Shown: positions 60,206 through 64,000 of the stretch, in pieces
Layout of the letters: each line of letters opens with the position of its first letter
Numbering within the stretch: the first letter of the stretch is position 1
Made by a program: the position numbers and the translations under genes
Source: Mytilus edulis
Taxonomy: Eukaryota
Reading direction: 5' to 3'
NCBI RefSeq assembly: GCF_963676685.1
Contig: NC_092351.1
Location: forward strand, 31,000,001 to 31,064,000
DNA length: 64,000 nt
Notes under the pieces: model-generated
What the model saw: only the letters and a program-made list of their open reading frames with translations
Told to the model about the DNA's origin: nothing
Database searches by the model: none

Positions 60206-60961
60206 TCGAATCCAAAAAAGTAAAAAATGCCAAATAAAGTACGAAGCTGAAGAGTATTGAGGACCAAAATTCCAAAAAGTTTTGAAAATACAGCTAAGGT
60301 TATCTATGCTTGAGGTAGAACAGTCTTAGTATTTCAAAATTTCAAAATTTTGTAAACAGTAAATTTATAAATATAACCATATCAATGATAACTCATGTCA
60401 GTACAAAAGTGCTGACTACTGGGCTGGTGATACATATTATCATCCTTATTACGATGATAATCGCTAGCTATGCTCAAAGTCCCATATCGCTCAAGTTTTA
60501 AAAAATACTTTTATCACGTCTGTAATCGTTGCTGTCAGTATAAAAGTGAAAAATCGGCTGCAAAAATTGAGTCAGATGCAAATGTTTGATCTTGAAAATT
60601 ATCTTCATGTCATTTTACATAACAATCTCTGAACATATTAAGTCAGTCGGAAATTTGTTATCCCATACTGCTTGTAATATGTGTAATTATGAAATCCCTC
60701 CCTAAAAAAAAAGATATATAATAAAGGAACAGTGTTCAAATGTCCTCAACGTTGTAATATTTTATCTTTTCAAGGTAAAGAGTCAATCTTTTAAAAAAAT
60801 GTGGTTCTTTAAAATTTATTTTCATTAATGTATTTGAGAAATAAAGGCCAAGCTGCAAATACGGTGTGATTTCCATCATAACATATATTTCCCAAGGACA
60901 TTCCTCTTTAATAAATGGGAAATATGTCCATGGGACATAGATGGTGCTCCCGATTGCATAT

Positions 60962-62984
60962 AAAAACCAGATGCTCCGCAGGGCCCAGCTTTATACGGCC
61001 GCGGAGGTTGAACCCTGAACAGTTGGGGCAAGTATGGACACAACATTCAAGCTGGATTCAGCTCTAAATTTTGATTGTGATTAAATAGTTGACACATCAT
61101 AGGTTTCTGACACAGAATGAATGTGGTCTAATGAACTTAAAAACTTTTGTTTTGCCTTTAAGCAATTCACTATGCTGTTGAATATTAATCCTCTCAAATA
61201 AATTGAAGAAATTTTCTTTTTATTTATGAAATCTGAAATGAGAAAAATTGACACACCCCCCAATTTTTTTTTCACAATCCCCTTTCCCTTATTCTAAAAC
61301 TGATCTCAATTCAAATTTCTAACGGTCCCTAGCAATAACTACTCATTTAAATACATCATAAAATATTAAAATGTAAAAAAACTGCTTGTTATCACTGAAT
61401 GGTAAAGATTGTTTTAATTTATCAGTTGGTAGTAAAAGTGAATATACATTGTCTATTGTATAAACCAATGATTTAAGTTGATTCAACTACTATTCTGGAC
61501 AAAGAAAGATAACTCTAGTTGAAATTTCTTGCTATTGCGCAATATTGTACAATTAGATATTTCTTGCTATTGCGCAATACTGTGCAATTGAAAATACTTC
61601 CCATTGCACAAAAATCGTGCAATTGAAGATTTCTTGCTATTGCGCAATACTGTGCAATTGAAAATTTCTTGCTATTAGACAATACTGTGCAATTGAAGAT
61701 TTCTTGCTATTACTGAATACTGTGCAATTGAAAATTTCTTGCTATTGCACAATACTTAATATAATAATTTTGGATCCTGATTTGCACCAACTTGAAAACT
61801 GGGACCATAATCAAAAACCTAAGTACATTTTTAGATTCAGCATATCAAAGAGGCCCAAGAATCCAATTTTTGTTAAAATCAAACTTAGTTTAATTTTGGA
61901 CCCTTTTGACGTTAATGTAGACCAATTTGAAAACGGGACCAAAAATTAAGAATCTACATACACAGTTAGATTTGGCATATCAAAGAACCCAAATCATTCA
62001 ATTTTTAATGAAATCAAACAAAGTTTAATTTTGGACCCTGATTTGGACCAACTTGAAAACTGGGCCAATAATCAAAAATCTAAGTACATTTTTAGATTCA
62101 GCATATCAAAGAACCCCAATCATTCAATTTTTGTTAAAATCAAACTAAGTTTAAATTTGGACCCTTTGGACCTTTATGTAGACCAATTTGAAAACGGGAC
62201 CAAAAATTAAGAATCTACATACACAGTTAGATTCGGCATAACAAAGAACCCATATTATTCAATTTTTGACGAAATCAAACAAAGTTAAATTTTGGACCCT
62301 TTGGGCCCCTAATTCCTAAACTGTTGGGACCAAAACTCCTACAATCAATCCCAACCTTCCTTATATGGTCATAAACCTTGTGTTCTAATTTCATAAATTT
62401 CTATTTACTTATACTAAAGTTATGGTGCGAAAACCAAGAAAATGCTTATTTGGGCCCCCTTTTGGACCCTTATTCCTAAACTGTTCGGACCTCAACTCCC
62501 AAAATCAATCCCAACTTCCTTTTGTGGTTATAAACCTTGTGTTTAAATTTCATTGATTTCTATTTACTTATACTAAAGTTATTGTGCGAAAACCAAGAAT
62601 AATGCTTATTTGGGCCCTTTTTTGGCCCCTAATTCCTAAACTGTTGGAACCAAAACTCCAAAAATCAATCCCAACCTTCCGTTTGTGGTCATAAACCTTG
62701 TGTCAAAATTTCATGGATTTCTATTTACTTAAACTAAAGTTATAGTGCGAAAACAAAGAAAATGCTTATTTGGGCCCTTTTTGGTCCCTAATTACTAAAA
62801 TGTTGGAACCAAAACTCCAAAAACCAATCCCAACCTTCCTTTTGTGGTTATAAACCTTAGGTTGAAATTTCATAGATTTCTATTCACTTTTACTAAAGTT
62901 GGAGTGCGAAAACTTAAAGTATTCGGACGACGACGACGCCAACGTGATACCAATATACGACCAAAAAATTTTTTCGTATAAAAA
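60962..62984 (-). mobile_element. Helentron-type HINE with internal tandem-repeat arrays
   Basis: Subterminal TATACG(A/G)CC motifs at both ends, A-runs at the termini, and a (GAC)n microsatellite near 62925. Internal tandem repeats of about 35 nt (61525-61755), about 230 nt composite (61770-62300) and about 153 nt (62300-62920). Confidence 0.8.
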
Positions 62985-63310
62985 GTTGTAAAGAACAACA
63001 CTGAAGAAAGGTAGAGACGCTATCCAAACTACTTGTTCTGAGTTTTGTGGTAATCAGTTATGTGCATATGTCTCATAACATTTGGTTAAGGCTAAATTAT
63101 GTTAGAGAACAGGAACAAATACATGGGATATGTATGTGTCAATAGGACACAGATGATGCCCAAACTTGCATTTATTGTCATAAAAGAAGATAACTTTAGA
63201 ACGGTAAAAGTAAAACTACCCTAGTCGTACTTGATCTTCGTCTTGTTGTTATTAGCATTGTGTATAAGTTCCATAAAATTTGCTTGAGAAGCAAATTCAA
63301 ATTAGAAAAC

Positions 63311-64000
63311 AACCAGATGCTCCACAGGGCGCAGCTTTATACGACCACAGAGGTCGAACCTTACACAGTTGGGGCAAGTATGGACACAACATTCAAGCTT
63401 GACACAGCTCTGAATTTGGAATGTGATTAAATAATTGACACAGCATTGGTTTCTGAAACAGAATGAATGTGGTCTAATAAATTTTGGATTGATTCAGCAT
63501 ATCAAAGAATCCCAACAAAGTTCAATTTTGGACCCTTTTGACCTCAATGTGGACCAATTTCATAACAGGGCACAACAATCAAAAATCTAAATACTCGGTT
63601 AGATTAATCATACCAAAGAACCCCATACATTCAATTTTTGTTGAAATCAAACTAAGTTAAATTTTCGACCCAAATTTGGACTAACTTGAAAACTGGGCCC
63701 ATAATCAAAAATCTAAATACATGTTTAAATTCAGCATTTCAATGAACCCCAAGAATTCATTTTTTTTATTAAAAACAAACTAAGTTTTATTTTGGACCCT
63801 TTGGACCATAATGTAGACCAATTTGAAAACGGGACCCAACATTAAAAATCTAAATACACCGTTAGATTCGGCATATCAAAGATAATAATAATTATTAATA
63901 ATTTTATTTTTGATGAAATCAAACAAGGTTTAATTTTGGACCATTTGGACCTCATGTGGACCAATTTAAAAAACGGGGACCAAATTTCAACCAGGTGCTC
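63311..64000 (-). mobile_element. Further copy or copies of the same HINE family, running off the window
   Basis: AACCAGATGCTCCACAGGGCGCAGCTTTATACGACCACAG at 63311. The terminal motif AACCAGGTGCTC restarts at the last bases of the window. Confidence 0.75.

Larger units (their letters stand above)
58672..60433 (-). repeat. Tandem non-LTR retrozyme array, about 4.9 units of 362 nt, each with a hammerhead motif
   Basis: Minus-strand hammerhead motifs at 58713-58756, 59075-59118, 59438-59481, 59800-59843 and 60162-60205; periods 362, 363, 362 and 362 nt. Confidence 0.92.

Noticed and set aside
58672-60433. Regularly spaced repeats as a CRISPR array
   Set aside because: Whole 362-nt units repeat with no unique spacers, there are no cas genes, and the context is eukaryotic.

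Overview
AT-rich, intron-containing animal genomic DNA. The repeat families and gene content suggest a bivalve mollusc, probably Mytilus; this is inferred from recall, not from a search. Genes, left to right: (1) six 3' exons of a TUSC3/MAGT1 (OST3/6) gene (+), including a U12-type minor intron; (2) a secreted 770-aa protein with discoidin/CBM32-like domains and a clan GH-A-like glycoside hydrolase domain, its whole CDS in one exon (-); (3) a 5-exon single-CUB type I membrane protein (+) with a tyrosine-motif tail; (4) an i-type lysozyme pseudogene (+) whose catalytic Glu position is a TAA stop; (5) a second, apparently truncated CUB paralogue (+); (6) a 2443-aa single-exon GVIN/VLIG very large GTPase (-) with a MACPF-like N-terminal region. 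The non-coding DNA carries many ~350-375-nt repeats with minimal type I hammerhead ribozymes (non-LTR retrozyme/Penelope-associated). One 5-unit array lies just 5' of the GVIN splice acceptor in the sense orientation, and its units alternate between mutated and intact ribozyme cores. Also present: a long-TIR element carrying a PIF1 helicase remnant, Helentron-type HINEs with internal satellites, MITEs, Tc1, CR1/L2-like and Penelope-like RT remnants, and a tRNA-derived SINE. All coordinates and alignments were read by eye.
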